Part shown: positions 1 to 12,904 of the stretch, one piece after another
Position numbering within the stretch: position 1 is the first letter of the stretch
How the letters are laid out: the number at the start of each line of letters is the position of its first letter
Assembly (NCBI RefSeq): GCF_004010195.1
Contig: NC_057751.1
Span: forward strand, 7,902,137 to 7,964,136
Length of the DNA stretch: 62,000 nt
Direction of reading: 5' to 3'
From: Chiloscyllium plagiosum
Taxonomy: Eukaryota
The notes under the pieces: generated by a model
Told to the model about the DNA's origin: nothing
The model's input: the letters and a program-made list of their open reading frames with translations, nothing else
The model's database searches: none
Program-made: the position numbers and the translations under genes

Positions 1-1744
1 ACAGCAAGCTGGACTAGTCTTTATGGAAAACTCTCAATTTCCTGTCCTGCAAATTAGGCTTCAGCTCTGTTCGCCATGCAGTCACACTGTCCTCCGAAAT
101 AATCATGCAAGTGTCTCAACAAATTGGCCGGGAAATGTGCTAACAGTGATGACTTTGCCAGCAAAGAGAGGCAGCCCATGAAGGAACAAAGAATATATAC
201 AACCTGCTATGATTCCTAAAACCCTTGATAGTCAAGATGCACGAGAGGACATGGGAATAACAAGGTCTATGGAGGCAACCAGAGAAAGGTGACGATATCC
301 CCTCTGAGACACAGGGCTGGAGATAGGTCGGAGGGGGAGTGATGGTGCCACACATCAGTAACATCTCAGTGCCAAATAACACACAATCACTCTAAAGACC
401 AGCTCTTGCCCTGGGAAAAGGGGATTTAAAATGCACCAAGGCAGTTACCCTACCTACATGTGACTCCAGGCCCACACGCACGTGCTCACCCTTGCAATTC
501 GTTCAATCCGAGAGAAATTGGAGAAATGAAGCAACAGCCAGTCACACCCAGACCCCACAAAATAATTTGTAGCCAGACAGTCGACATGTCACATCATACC
601 ATAACCTGAGGAATCACACTGTGCTTGACACATTGGCTCTGTTTCTCTCTCCACAGGTGTTGCCAGACCTACAGAGTTTCTCTGACATGGTCTGTGTATT
701 GGTTTCAGGTTTCCAGCATTCGCAGTGCTTTTTTTTGCTGACACTGTGTCGTGAAGTAATGGGGGGTGGGGCATGTCTTGTTGAATGACAGAGCAGACTT
801 GAGGGATTGAGTGTCCTTTTCCTGATCCCATAACTTCAATCCTGTGGTATATTCCAATATGGCCCACACCCAATCATGGTGCAGGGGAACAGCCTACGTT
901 CGTCATAGTCTTGCTGGTGCACTGTTGTTTAAACTATGTGCGTGGAGGAGCATTCACCCAACCTCAGGAAGGTTCATGGTATTCGGATATCTCTCACACA
1001 CGCGATCAGTTCTGAAGGTCTGGCTGGGTCCGATTCACCGAACCCTCTTGCACTTGCTGTTTCCTGTCCCGAGTCCAGGAGTTCAGGTCTTAGTCAGGTT
1101 AATTTCCACCCACCATTCACTGGAAGCTTCTGTCGATCAACTCAGCTTTGCTTCACCTGCCAAGTTACTCACCAAGCCTCTTCGCCCAAAATGTCTTTGA
1201 ATAAATTCACACTCGACCATCTTCGCCATGTACAAATCAGAGCACAACAGTCGGAAATTTATGCCATGTTTCTTTGAAATCATTTCATACTTAATATGAA
1301 TCGCTTTCCTCTCCCTGACATCTACTTGTCAATTGTTGAAGGGCCAGAGATGAATTTCAAATGCATTCAAATGCTAAAATGTATTTAAACTGCAGAGAAG
1401 TAATTAGTTGGGATAAACAGCAAGATGTCTTGATTAATCGCATTGTCCTATCAAAGTAAAAATGGCATTAAAAACTCCCCTCTGTGCTGGGAATCCATTT
1501 TCACGCAAATCATTCAAACTCTTGTGAAATAAGGCAAACATTTCTCCCAACCAGTTGGGCATCTGTAAACACACCGTCAACCCATCGAAAAGTACAGATA
1601 GATTTCACATGCTGTGCTTTCTTAAACAAATCATCTCCTTCCTCGTTCTGACCAGTGAAAATCATGCGATTCTGAACTGTTGACATTTCTGCTCAGCGAT
1701 CTCACTGTGAAGTTCACTCTGGTCTTATTGACAAAACTCACACT

Positions 1745-2535
1745 CGTCATAAACATTGGAATAGCATCATACAGCATAGAAAATGACTCTTCGGTCCAAC
1801 TTGCCCGAGGTTTCCCAGGTTCCCCAAACTAAACTCGTCTCATTTGCCTGCATCTGGCCCATATCCGTCTCAACCTTTTGAATTCATATACCTATACAAA
1901 TAACTTTAAATGCTGTAACTGTAGCTGCATCTGTCAGTTCCTCCGGCAGTTCATTCCACATACAATCCACCGTCTGTGTGAAAATGTTGCCCCTCAGGTC
2001 CTGTATAAATCTTTCTCCTCTCACCTTATAAAAATGCCATCTAGTTTTGAACTCCCCTATCCTGGGGAAAAGACCTTTGTTACTCACCTCATGTATTCCT
2101 CTCATGATTTTGTGCACCTCTATGAGGTCACACCTCAACCTATCCCAGCCTACCCAGCCTCTTGTTATAACTCAAACCCTCCAGTCCCAGTAACATACTT
2201 TCTGCACCCTTTCCAATCTAATAATATCTTCCCAATAGCAGAGCTATCAGAACTGCAGAGAATATTCTAAAAATGGCCTCATCAATGTCCTGTGCAGCTG
2301 CAACATGACATCCCAACTCCCTGCTGTGACCAATGAAGGCAAGCATGCTAAGTGCCTTCTTCGTCCCCTGTCAACTGTGATACAACTTTCAAGGAACTAT
2401 GGACCTTAATCCCTAGGTCTGTGCAAGACAACACTCATCAGGGCCTTAACATTCAGTGTTTAAGTCCTGCCCATGTTCATTCTTCCAAACAGCACAACCT
2501 TGCATTTATCTAAATTAAACTCCATCTGCCACAAG
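1745..2535 (-). mobile_element. CR1/HER1-like LINE 3' fragment
   Basis: DLIEVHKIMRG...LRGNIFTQ..WNELP C-terminal ORF2 motifs. Confidence 0.9.
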
Positions 2536-3097
2536 GTGATTACTGTACTTGAATATGGCTTTCACAAGTGCTTTGGTTTCACCCAATCACCATTCCACCA
2601 CTTGTGATCTATTCCCATGCATGGCATCATTTCCAAACATCCTTTCATTTGCTACATGACAACTTGGCAATGTTTGGCGAAAGCTTTGACAGGGACAGTG
2701 TAGACAGTCTGTCCAGTTTAGAATGTGTGTCTCGGAAGCGTTTGCTGGGGATACAAAGAGGGTCTTTTCCGCGACATCTCATCATTGGTCTTGGAGTGGG
2801 GACAGGTTTGAGGAAGCCCCACTCTGTATTTCACCCCAGCTCAGCCAGTCCCCGGGAGTGTTTGATGGAGCAGCTGGGGACAGGGCTTTGTTACACATCA
2901 TCCCTGAAGTTCACCTGATGGTTCTGAACACTGGATGAAATTATGAGCAAAGTACTGCATTCCTCAATATTAATATCCACAACTTTCCCCCTCAAAATTT
3001 TTAAAAATTGAAACTTTAAAGTAAACAGTCGAGTCAGTGAGAGGATACTACAACAAATATATTGAACCTGAATATAGAATTCTAAAAGAAATGATCA

Positions 3098-3103
3098 TTT
3101 ATT
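3098..3103 (-). promoter_or_regulatory. Polyadenylation signal AATAAA
   Basis: tttatt on + strand within AT-rich unique sequence downstream of the putative stop codon. Confidence 0.45.
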
Positions 3104-3363
3104 TGCTAACAAATGCGATAAGAAACAGGTTGTGAAAACAGAACAGTCACAGTGTCGCTTCATTATTACCTGCCATGACTTAACTTCCTTTTTCTTTCCT
3201 ATTCCATCAGTCTCATCCGTTTGTTATTATTTCCACACTTCACGTGTCCTTGTCTAGTCTCAGAGCAAGACTGATGAACTGATGCCAATTACTGTCAACT
3301 CCATTGACGTCTTTGACTTGTGATCGTTGTCCACCGGGACCTTGCTTGAAACGGGCCACCTCG

Positions 3364-3383
3364 TTAAACTTCAAGTACAGGAG
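3364..3383 (-). CDS. Putative terminal coding exon of unidentified minus-strand gene ((A)PVLEV*)
   Basis: Strong acceptor tctctctctcctgacag|CT; phase-1 entry matches exon 4750-4878; TAA at 3364-3366; AATAAA about 260 nt downstream. Confidence 0.55.
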
Positions 3384-3689
3384 CTGTCAGGAGAGAGAGA
3401 CAGCATTCACTTTCATTGAGCCTCGGGCCAGAGCCCAGGAGCGCAAGAAAAGGAACCACCCTACCACGTGGGTAACCTTGAGCAACATTCATTCAAATGA
3501 GACTGTTCCTTCCAGGTTCAGCCCAGAAGCGTTACAATCACCAAACTCAGGCTAAATTACCTTAACCAAGTTATTTGAATGGGGGGTGGGGGGAAATGTT
3601 TGAAAGCACCAAGCATAGTCTTGCGGAAAATATTTCCTCGGTCATACTTTTTTTTTTGTCACACCACCTGCTTCAACAATGGGGGAGTT

Positions 3690-4012
3690 AGAGTCATAGA
3701 GCTGCACAGCACAGAGACAGAGCCTTGGGTTCCACTCATCCACGCCGACCAGATATCCTAAATTAATCTCGTCCCATTTGCCAGCCCTTGGCCCACATCC
3801 CTCTAATCCCTTCCTATTCATAAACCCATTTGGATGCCTTTTAAATATTGTAATTGTACCAGCCTCCACCACTTCCTCTAGCGGCTCATTCCATGCACGC
3901 ACCACCCACTGCATGAAAACGTTGCCCCTCAGGTCCCTATTAAATCGTTCCCCTCTCATCTTAAACCCATGCCCTCTAGTTCTGGACTTCCCCAACCTGG
4001 GGAAAAGACATT
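3690..4012 (-). mobile_element. CR1/HER1-like LINE 3' fragment
   Basis: SRTRGHGFKMRGERFNRDLRGNVFMQWVVRAWNE. Confidence 0.9.
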
Positions 4013-4749
4013 AGCTGTATTCTCAGTTCCTGTTGCTCTGTTATGAACAATTTGTCACTCTCTCAGTACATTTTCATTGGATTGGGACTCAGACTCTGTC
4101 ACCCTTTCCTTATCCAGCTCAAAACGTTGGCTGCTTACCCCCTTTCCTGTCAATCTTAATTCTCTGAGAATTCAGCCTGGATCTGCTCCATGACCACCTC
4201 CTCGTGCCTCATCTCAAGCCCTAGCCTATCTTGCACAACCTCAGTGGTGTCACAGGCTCGGAGCTCCTGTCCTTCAAAAGAAAAGTGCAAAACAACTCTT
4301 CTGAAAAGCTGCAGGTCTCTTCTCGCAAGCAGCGAAATTTAGCAGAAATATTAAAAAATAAATAAAACATCAGGCGACCTGGTTAAATAATTCACAAAAT
4401 CTATTTTATTTTGACGTGGATTCCTTGCAGCGCTGTCACTTTGTAAATAAAAGATGCAGCTTCTGACAACATCGCACTGCAAATGTACTTCTGGTCTTCA
4501 TTCTCATGTCCTGTGGGATGCATTGCCATGATCCTGGCTTCTGTACACATCTGACATTTGCTCAGAGACAGTAGCCTGCAAGGGTTGGTGAAATCTGAAG
4601 AAGATCCGCAACTTTGATTCACCGTTTCCCCTTGGCCAAAGGTTGCCTGCTTAATTACTGTGGCATAGCTGCAGGGCTTAGCGCTCACTGACAGGGCAAG
4701 AAATCTGATTCCAGCAGCTCAAAGCCATGGCAACGGAGTCCCCACGTAC

Positions 4750-4878
4750 CATCAGTGATGGTGCCGTTGTGGCCACTGATGAACCAGCTCCTCACGAGAG
4801 CTGCCAGCGTCCCAGTGGCTCTCCTCGATCCTTCTGATATCTGAGAGGGTTGAGGAGGCTGGAGTTGATGCCGAGGAG
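4750..4878 (-). CDS. Putative penultimate exon (PRHQLQPPQPSQISEGSRRATGTLAALVRSWFISGHNGTITD)
   Basis: gtgcag| acceptor, ATG|gtacgt donor, 129 nt, only the phase 1->1 frame is open; elevated GC/CpG. Confidence 0.55.
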
Positions 4879-6159
4879 CTGCACATCAGTGAGTATAAAC
4901 AGCACAGCGTGGGCGGAGTTAATTCAATCCAAATGACACCAGACTCCGCAACACTCAATGAGAACTCTCTGGGGGCTCTCACATGTGCACATGGGCATGA
5001 ACACATGAACAAAAGAGATACATCATGACCTAATCTAACTATAAATCAGACCCTGAGGGATCTATAATTCATACTCAGTATTGCTTCTCCTGGTCATGCA
5101 TAATAAATGGCATTACTCTGGATTCTAAACCCAAAGACAGCTCTTGACTTTGCCTTCTTTTCAACCAGACTCTAAAAACCCCAAAATTCATGGTGTGGCT
5201 TTGAACTACACGGTAAGAGATGAGCATTTTGGAGGGAGGGATGTCCTCATTGTGCTTCCCAAGTTTCTTTGCTTTATTCTCAAATCTGTGCAGTTGCATT
5301 GAGCAGTTCATCGGGCAGGATGTTTGTGGGCCAGAGGCAAGTGGCTATGGGGGAAGTTAGCCTGGAAATAAAACAGTCTTTCCGAATGTCATTAAAAGGT
5401 AGGACCTTGAACAATATTGCACTCCTGCGTCTTTCAGTTCACTGCAAACCTTCAGTCACCCATCTCCAACTCAGGTAAAGATGCTACGCAAGTTGAAAAT
5501 GGTGAGCGAGCAATCATTTATCCTGATACTCTGGATGAACAATACTGAATCTATTCTCGCAGTGAAACAGTTTCCACTTAAACTTTGCTTATGTTTTGTG
5601 GATTAGGTCTGATTAAGTCTAAATTCATGAGTTGAGCTCTATTCCTTTGCTGAAATTCAGGACCAACACTGTTTATGTGCATCTATGGACATCTTGGTGT
5701 CTCTGGGTTACATGTCAGGTTGTCCTGGTTAATCTAGGTCTGATGCTGAAGTAGCAACCACTGGTGGCTTCTGTTTGGGGCAGACTGGTGCCATGAAATG
5801 CCTTCTTCCTGCTGGTCTCTAGCCTCCCTAGAATCTCTGTGAAGAATGAACTGAAAATCTGTCTCAGCAAAACAGGCACGTCTGAGGTACCAAGCTAAGG
5901 TTCACGGTAGCCAGGTAAATATATACTGGGTTGCACGAACCCTGAAGCACATTAACTATAACAAACTCGAGGTAGAGAAGACATGTCTGTCTCTCCAAAG
6001 AGAGTGCCAACAGCCACTCCCTCCAAATGTAACTCTCTGAATGCAAGTGGCAAAACAGCCATGTACCATCCAGTGACTGTGTGACATCGCAGAATGGCTA
6101 GAGGTTCTACTCAGGGATTGGGTTAACACTTTCACAGCCATTTTCTACTGGGACTTTTA

Positions 6160-6481
6160 GTTCATCTGGGTGTCATTGGCTGGATCAGCATCTATTGGCC
6201 ATCCCTAATTGCCCAGAGGGTTGGTAAGAGGCAAATCCATTGTTGGGGGTTGGAGTCACATGAGGTCCAGACCAGGTAAAGACAGTACTTTCCTCCCACA
6301 AGGAACATGAGTGAACAAGATGGATTTTTCTGACATCAGACAATGGTTTCACGGTCATCACGAGATTCTGAACTCCATATTGTTGTTTAATTCATGGGGA
6401 GATTCATGTCGGAGCTCCTCATTACCTGGGAGCCTGGACAAACAATCCAGTGACAATACCTCTGTGCCGTTGCCTCCTCCC
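6160..6481 (-). mobile_element. Second tRNA-headed SINE family (family B)
   Basis: Homologous to 34655-35006 and 56376-56712. Confidence 0.75.
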
Positions 6482-7417
6482 TTAGACAATAGTCTTTGTC
6501 GCCTGGCTGGAGGTTTCCATGCAAGGATGTCACAGTCAAGATTGGTGGTTTGTTAGTACCTCACTTGGTTAGTGCAAGGTCTACCTTGGTTCAATCAAGA
6601 CAGTGGTTCGATCCTGAGACTGATCTGAGTGACTCCACCTCAGGAGGTTGTGCAGCATGAAGCCAGGGCAGCAAAAGACCACATTTTGAATGGGGTCATG
6701 CAAGAGCCAAGAAGCTGTTGCTTCCTCCTGTCAACGTTTACAGAATCTCAGCAAGGAAGTCAGAGCCTGTAGAAGAGGTGCTCAAATAGTGTGGGAGCGG
6801 GTCGGGGTGGGGGACACCTTGCGATCAGGATCTTGACATGCAATTTCCGCCTTCATTTAACAATCATGAAGCTAATTTCATGCTGTTATAACCTAAACCA
6901 GGGTTGTTGCTTCCACAATACTGCCAAGCCCCAAGTGACTATCATTAACCTTCATAAATTCAACTCTCATAAGAAACGTTTAATGCTGTTGTAACCAAGA
7001 GCAGTTCATTATAGCTGCTGCTCCTCTAAATTGCTTTCCTTGTTAAAAAAAAAAATCAGGGATCATGAATAATTCAAAGTCAGAGGCCGCAGCGAAAGCT
7101 TCTGACATGAAATATTTGTGGCCCAGTAACATTTAATAAGGGGGAAGAAAAATCAAACTGGTTGAGCAGAACAACCTGCAAATTCAAGGCTTAAGCTTTC
7201 AGAATTTCAGACTCGAGTCCATTCACCATCCTCCTTGCTGAAGGACATGCACCCATTGTCTCTATTCCTGCCCCAAACACCGACGTGTTGTTGTGTAACA
7301 GGAAGCCCCCATTCAAGTTACATCACTGCTTCCCTCAAGTATTGGAGCTGATTCCACCTTGGTACACACTTTCACATGTACCTGGAGATCGTCACTGTTG
7401 CTCAACCAGAGACCGCT

Positions 7418-8057
7418 CATAGAGTCTGAAACAGACCCTTCGGTCCAACGGTCCATGCTGAACACAATCCCAAACTAAACTAGACCAATCTGCCTGCTCC
7501 TGGCCCACATCCCTCCAAACCTTTCCTATTATGTAGTTATCTAAGTGACTTTTCAACATTGTAATTGTGCCCACATCCACCACTTCCGCAGCAATTTCAG
7601 ACCACACGCAAACCACCTTCTATGTAAAAATTTGCCTCTCATGTCTTTTTTAAATCTTTTACCTCACCTTAACAATATGACCCCTCATCTTAAAATCCCC
7701 CCTCATCCTGGGCAAAGGACATCTGCCATTAATGCTATCTGTAACCCCTCATTACTTTGTAAACTTCTATATGATCGCCTCTCAACCTACCATGCCCAAC
7801 TGAAAATAGTCCCAGCTTATCCAGACTTTCTTTACAGCTCAAACCTTCTATACCCGGCAACATCCTGGTAAATCTCTTCTGAACCCTCTCCACCTTTAAA
7901 ATATTCTTCCAGTAACTGAGTGACCAGAACTGGACACAATATTTCACAAGAGGCGTCGTAGATGTCCTGAACAACTTCAATATGACAGCCCAAGTCCTGT
8001 ACTCCAAGATCTGAGCGATGAAGGCAAATGTGCTAAACCCTTTCTTAACCACTCTGT
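7418..8057 (-). mobile_element. CR1/HER1-like LINE 3' fragment
   Basis: YCVQFWS...ERVQKRFTRMLPG...LRGDHIEVYKVMRG. Confidence 0.9.
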
Positions 8058-8139
8058 CATAAAAAAAACAGGAGAACTCCCAGCTTCCATATTTTTTGGA
8101 ATCGAGAGAAGAGAGAGAGAGGGAGAGGGAGAGAGAAAG

Positions 8140-8480
8140 ACATGGTGGTCCAGTGGTTAGCACTGTTGCCTCACAGCACCGGGGACCCGGGTTCATTTCC
8201 AGCCTCAAACGACTGTCTGCGTGGAGTTTGCACATTCTCCCCGTGTCTGCGTGGGTTTCCTCCTACAGTCTAAAGATGTGCAGGTTAGATGAATTGGCCA
8301 TGCTAAATTTGCCCATAGTGTTCAGGGATGTGTACGTTAGGTGGATTAGATAGGGGTAAATATAGAGTCATTGGGTAGTGGAATGGGTCCAGGTGGGATA
8401 CGTTTCAGAGGGTTGGTGTGGACTTGCTGGGCTGACGGGCCTGTCCCCACACAGTAGGGATTCCATGATTCTATTCTATG
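8140..8480 (+). mobile_element. HE1-type tRNA-derived V-SINE
   Basis: A/B boxes; gtggagtttgcacattctccccgtgtctgcgtgggttt core. Confidence 0.9.
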
Positions 8481-8550
8481 ACAGTGAAAGAGGGAACGCT
8501 AGCTCACTTTCATTGCAATGTCCCCAAACTCTTTGAACTACTTCAAAAGG

Positions 8551-8866
8551 GGACGGCACGGTGGCTCAGTGGTTAGCACTGCTACCTCACAGCACCAAGG
8601 TCCCAGGTTCGATTCCAGACTCAGGCAACTGTCTGTGTGGAGTTTGCACATTCTCCCCGTGTCTGCGTGGGTTTCCTCTGGCTGGTCCGGTTTCCTCCCA
8701 CAGTCCAAAGATGTGCAGGTCAGGTGAATTGGCCATACTAAATTGCCCATAGTGCGAGGTGCATTAGTCAGAGGGAAATGGGTCTGGGTGGGTTACTCTT
8801 CAGAGGGTCGGTGTGGACTGTTTGGGCCGAAGAGCCTGTTTCCACACTGTAGGAAATCTAATCTAA
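8551..8866 (+). mobile_element. HE1-type V-SINE
   Basis: Full head, core and (aatct)n tail. Confidence 0.9.
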
Positions 8867-8926
8867 TAAAAAGGAAGTGAGCAGAGTAAGCCAGCAAGTG
8901 GCAGGAGCAAAGCTGGGGGCTGATAC

Positions 8927-9047
8927 CAGCCCATCTCCTTGTAGCCACCATTCTCCCAAATCGTGCTCAAAGGAACTCAAAGTCTGCTGGTGAGCTGGTG
9001 CAATGGAACACACCCAAAGGCCCACATTGTGAATTATTAAACCCCTT
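8927..9047 (-). CDS. Possible exon (RGLIIHNVGLWVCSIAPAHQQTLSSFEHDLGEWWLQGDGL)
   Basis: Very strong polypyrimidine acceptor (ttttttcttcaccatcccatttcag|); phase-2 start matches exon 11945-12000; weak donor (gtatca), and phase-0 exit does not join exon 4878 directly. Confidence 0.25.
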
Positions 9048-9136
9048 CTGAAATGGGATGGTGAAGAAAAAAGACACAGTTAGGGAGAAGCTGGGGAATT
9101 CTCGAGGATGTGAAAGACATGATACAAATGCACAGA

Positions 9137-10370
9137 GAGTCATAGAGATGAACAGCATGGAAACAGACCCTTCGGTCCAACCCGTCCACGCCTACCAGAC
9201 ATCCCAACCTAATCTAGTCCCAGCTGCCAGCACCCGGCCCATATCCCTCCAAACCCTTCCTATTCATATACCCATCCAAATGCCTCTTAAATGCTGCAAC
9301 TGCACCAGCCTCCACCACATCCTCTGGCAGCTCATTCCATACACGTACCACCCTCTGCGTGAAAAAGTTGTCCCTTAAGTCTCTTTTATATCTTTCCCCT
9401 CTCACCTTAAATCTATGCCCTCTACCTCTGGACTCCCCGACCCCAGGGAAAAGACGTTGTCTATTTATCCTATCCATGCCCCTCATAATTTTGTAAACCT
9501 CTATAAGGTCACCCCTCAGCCTCCGACGCTCCAGGGAAAACAGTCTCAGCCTGTTCAGCCTCTCCCTGTAGATCCCCCAACCCTGGCAACATCCTTGTAA
9601 ATCTTTTCTGAACCCTNNNNNNNNNNNNNNNNNNNNNNNNNNNNNNNNNNNNNNNNNNNNNNNNNNNNNNNNNNNNNNNNNNNNNNNNNNNNNNNNNNNN
9701 NNNNNNNNNNNNNNNNNNNNNNNNNNNNNNNNNNNNNNNNNNCAAAATGCAGCACCTCGCATTTATCTGAATTAAACTCCATCTGCCACTTCTCAGCCCA
9801 TTGGCCCAACTGGTCCAGATCCTGTTGTAATCTGAGATAACCCTCTTCGCTGTCCACTACACCTCTAATTTTGGTGTCATCTGCAAACTTACTAACTGTA
9901 CCTCTTATGCTCGCATCCAAATCATTTATGTAAATGACAAAAGGTAGAGGGCCCAGCACCGATCCTTGTGGCACTCCACCGCTCACAGGCCTCCAGTCTG
10001 AAAAACAACCCTCCACCACCACCCTCTGTCTTCTACCTTTGAGCCAGTTCTGTATCCAAATGGCTAGTTCTCCCTGTATTCCATGAGATCTAACCTTGCT
10101 AATCAAGGTTAGATCTAATCTAACCTTCCCATGGGGAACCTTGTCCAATACCTTACTGAAGTCCATATGGATCATATCTACTGCTCTGCCCTAATCAATC
10201 TTCTTTGTTACTTCTTCAAAAAACTCAAGCAAGTTTGTGAGACATGATTTCCCACGCACAAAGCCATGTTGACTATCCCAAATCAGTCCTTGCCTTTACA
10301 AATACATGTACATCCTGTCCCTCAGGATTCCCTCCAACAATTTGCCCACCACCGAGGTCAGGCTCACCGG
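9137..10370 (-). mobile_element. Young CR1/HER1-like LINE (RT domain to 3' end, spans assembly gap)
   Basis: DFSKVLDKVPH...GVPQGSVLGP...KFADDTK...WQMEFN RT motifs. Confidence 0.95.
9617..9742. other. Assembly gap
   Basis: Run of N. Confidence 1.
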
Positions 10371-10412
10371 CTCATGGGTTCGATTCGCACAACTGTAGAT
10401 GGTGCAATTTGA

Positions 10413-10680
10413 TTAGATTAGATTAGATTAGATTAGATTACTTACAGTGTGGAAACAGGCCCTTCGGCCCNNNNNNNNNNNNNNNNNNNNNNNNNNNNNN
10501 NNNNNNNNNNNNNNNNNNNNNNNNNNNNNNNNNNNNNNNNNNNNNNNNNNNNNNNNNNNNNNNNNNNNNNNNNNNNNNNNNNNNNNNNNNNNNNNNNNNN
10601 NNNNNNNNNNNNNNNNNNNNNNCCCGGGTCTCTGGCGCTGTGAGGCAGCAGTGCTAACCACTGTGCCACCGTACCGCCCA
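10413..10680 (-). mobile_element. HE1-type V-SINE (spans gap)
   Basis: Head at 10623-10678; (attag)n tail. Confidence 0.85.
10471..10622. other. Assembly gap
   Basis: Run of N. Confidence 1.
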
Positions 10681-11944
10681 CATTTGAACCCAGTTAAATC
10701 TGGAAGAGTCTAATAATGACTATTGGAATCCATTGTTGATTGTTGGAAAAACTCATCTGGTTCACAAATGTCTTTTACGGAAGGAAATTGCCATCCTCAC
10801 CTGATCTGACCTCCATGTGATCCCAGATCCACAGCAATGTGTTTGGCTCTGAACTGCCCTCTGGGCAATTAGGGATGGGCAATAAATGAAGGCCTAGCCA
10901 GCGACACCCACACCCCTCGAGTGAATAAATAAAGGGACTCATTGGCAACAAGGCAAACTCAGAGACAAAGATTCTTACATGTAGTTCTCCAAACCAGGAG
11001 GAAAGCACATCAAGTGAAAATTCAGAGAAAGCAGAAGCTAGGAATCATTCACTGAAGCTCTCATATCTTCTGAGACCCAAACAGCTCATGACTGCTACAG
11101 CTAAAACAAAACTAGAAAGCCTGGTCTGAGACAGCTGGCCAAACCCATTCAGACTGTTTCCATTGTTCCAACATTGAAGAAAACCTTAAGGCCTCACACG
11201 TTGTTCATTTAAGCCGTCTCCAATAGCCAGTTTGGCATCTCTGCCTTTACAACCTTACTTCAAACAAAAACCCAAGGCAAAATGACTTTGCCTGGATGGG
11301 GGCAGCTCCAACAACACTCAAGCAGCTCGGCACCATCCAGAACACAGCAGCCCTATGCACATTCACTCCACGCACCACCCACGCACAGTAGCAGTCGTAC
11401 TATTTACAAGATGCAGCGCAGCAAATTGCCGTGTCTCCTTCGACATCAGCTTCCAAACTCGCAAGGGCAAGGCCAGCACACATGAGGGGACACTACCCCC
11501 AGCCAAGTTGGAAAAGTATCACTGTCCCATCAACATGACCAGGTGAAAACGGTGAAGGTAACTCCTTGACAGATCGGTGCACCCACACATCACCGGGACA
11601 GTGCCAGATTAAGGTACCAAAATCTTTTCAAGGGCTGATGAGATGGACAACGAACAATGTAAAGAAAGCAACAGAACTCATTTAATGAAAACACAATCCA
11701 CGGGAAAAAATAAGCTGACAGCTTGTCCCAGAACCTGTTGATCTGTAACAATAATTGAATCAGATATTCAGACCCTTGATTCAACAGCTAATGGGTTCAG
11801 TGAAAACCTAAGTCCAAGTGTTAATTTAATCACAGCAGGTCTTCATTCCTTCAGCTGGAACCACTGCAATTAAATTACATGGAAAATTTCCCAAAGAACT
11901 CCGAGAGGCTGATGTTATTTTTTTCACAATGCACAAGATATTAC

Positions 11945-12000
11945 CTTCTAAGTTTTGAAGGGGCAAAATTATTTAGAGGTTTTCTTTCCGTAATTTGGTC
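11945..12000 (-). CDS. Putative internal exon (DQITERKPLNNFAPSKLR)
   Basis: ctctgtgttccttgcacag| acceptor, AAG|gtaata donor, 56 nt, phase 0->2; continues the frame of exon 15553-15746. Confidence 0.5.
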
Positions 12001-12207
12001 CTGTGCAAGGAACACAGAGTGGAATCCCATGGAGAATAACAAAAAGACAAGGTTCATCCATGATCAGAGACTAGTGGCCTCCATTAAAGAGTCTTTTCCT
12101 TCCAAAGTTCACCTGTCCACATCTCTCAATTTTTCTCTCTGTCTCTCACACATCCACTGACTCTCAAACACAACAAATAACGTGTATTGGAAAACCCTAA
12201 GGTCGGT

Positions 12208-12550
12208 CATCATAGACTCTCTACAGTGTGGAAACAGGCCATTTGACCCAACAAGTCCACACCAACCCTCTGAAGAGTAACCCTTCCAAGCCCATTCCCC
12301 TACCTTATTACTCAACATTTACCCCTGACTAATGCACCCAACCTAACACACCCCTGAATACTATTGGCAATTTAGCATGGCCAATTCACCTGACCTGCAC
12401 ATCTTTGGATTGTGGGAGGAAACCGGAGCACCCAGAGTAAATCCACACAGACACAGAGAGAATGTGCAAACTCCACACAGTCGCCTGAGGTTGGAATCGA
12501 ACCTCAGGCGCTGTGAGGCAGCAGTGTTAACCACTAAGCCACCATGCCAA
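12208..12550 (-). mobile_element. HE1-type V-SINE
   Basis: Reverse complement of the core motif. Confidence 0.9.
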
Positions 12551-12904
12551 CCACCAAATTGTCTTTAGATTTGACCAAAGATACTGTTATTTGCGTTGCA
12601 AAGTTCAATAAACACATTCAGAGCACAGGCACAGATGGGATACAGAGTGAAGCTTCATCCACATTGCCTTTTACATGGGCAATGAATGGTTTCTGTTTTG
12701 CCCTCAAGGATCAGTACCACATGTTGTTGTCCATCCTGATCCACCATAAAATAGACTGTGGTGTACAATCACAGGCACTCTGTAGATAGAGCAAGGCAGC
12801 AGGTCTACAGACAGGCTCTCCAGAACCTCCCAGTTACCATTTATTGTCCTGTCTTAAAACATCATTGCTGCATGCATGGCACTTCTGCTGTAAAGTTTTT
12901 AATG

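Larger units (their letters stand above)
10372..10932 (+). mobile_element. Family B SINE split by an HE1 insertion
   Basis: B box at about 10376; body resumes at 10682; atttga duplicated. Confidence 0.65.

Noticed and set aside
8551..8625. tRNA genes at SINE heads
   Set aside because: A/B boxes belong to tRNA-derived SINEs; no complete cloverleaf
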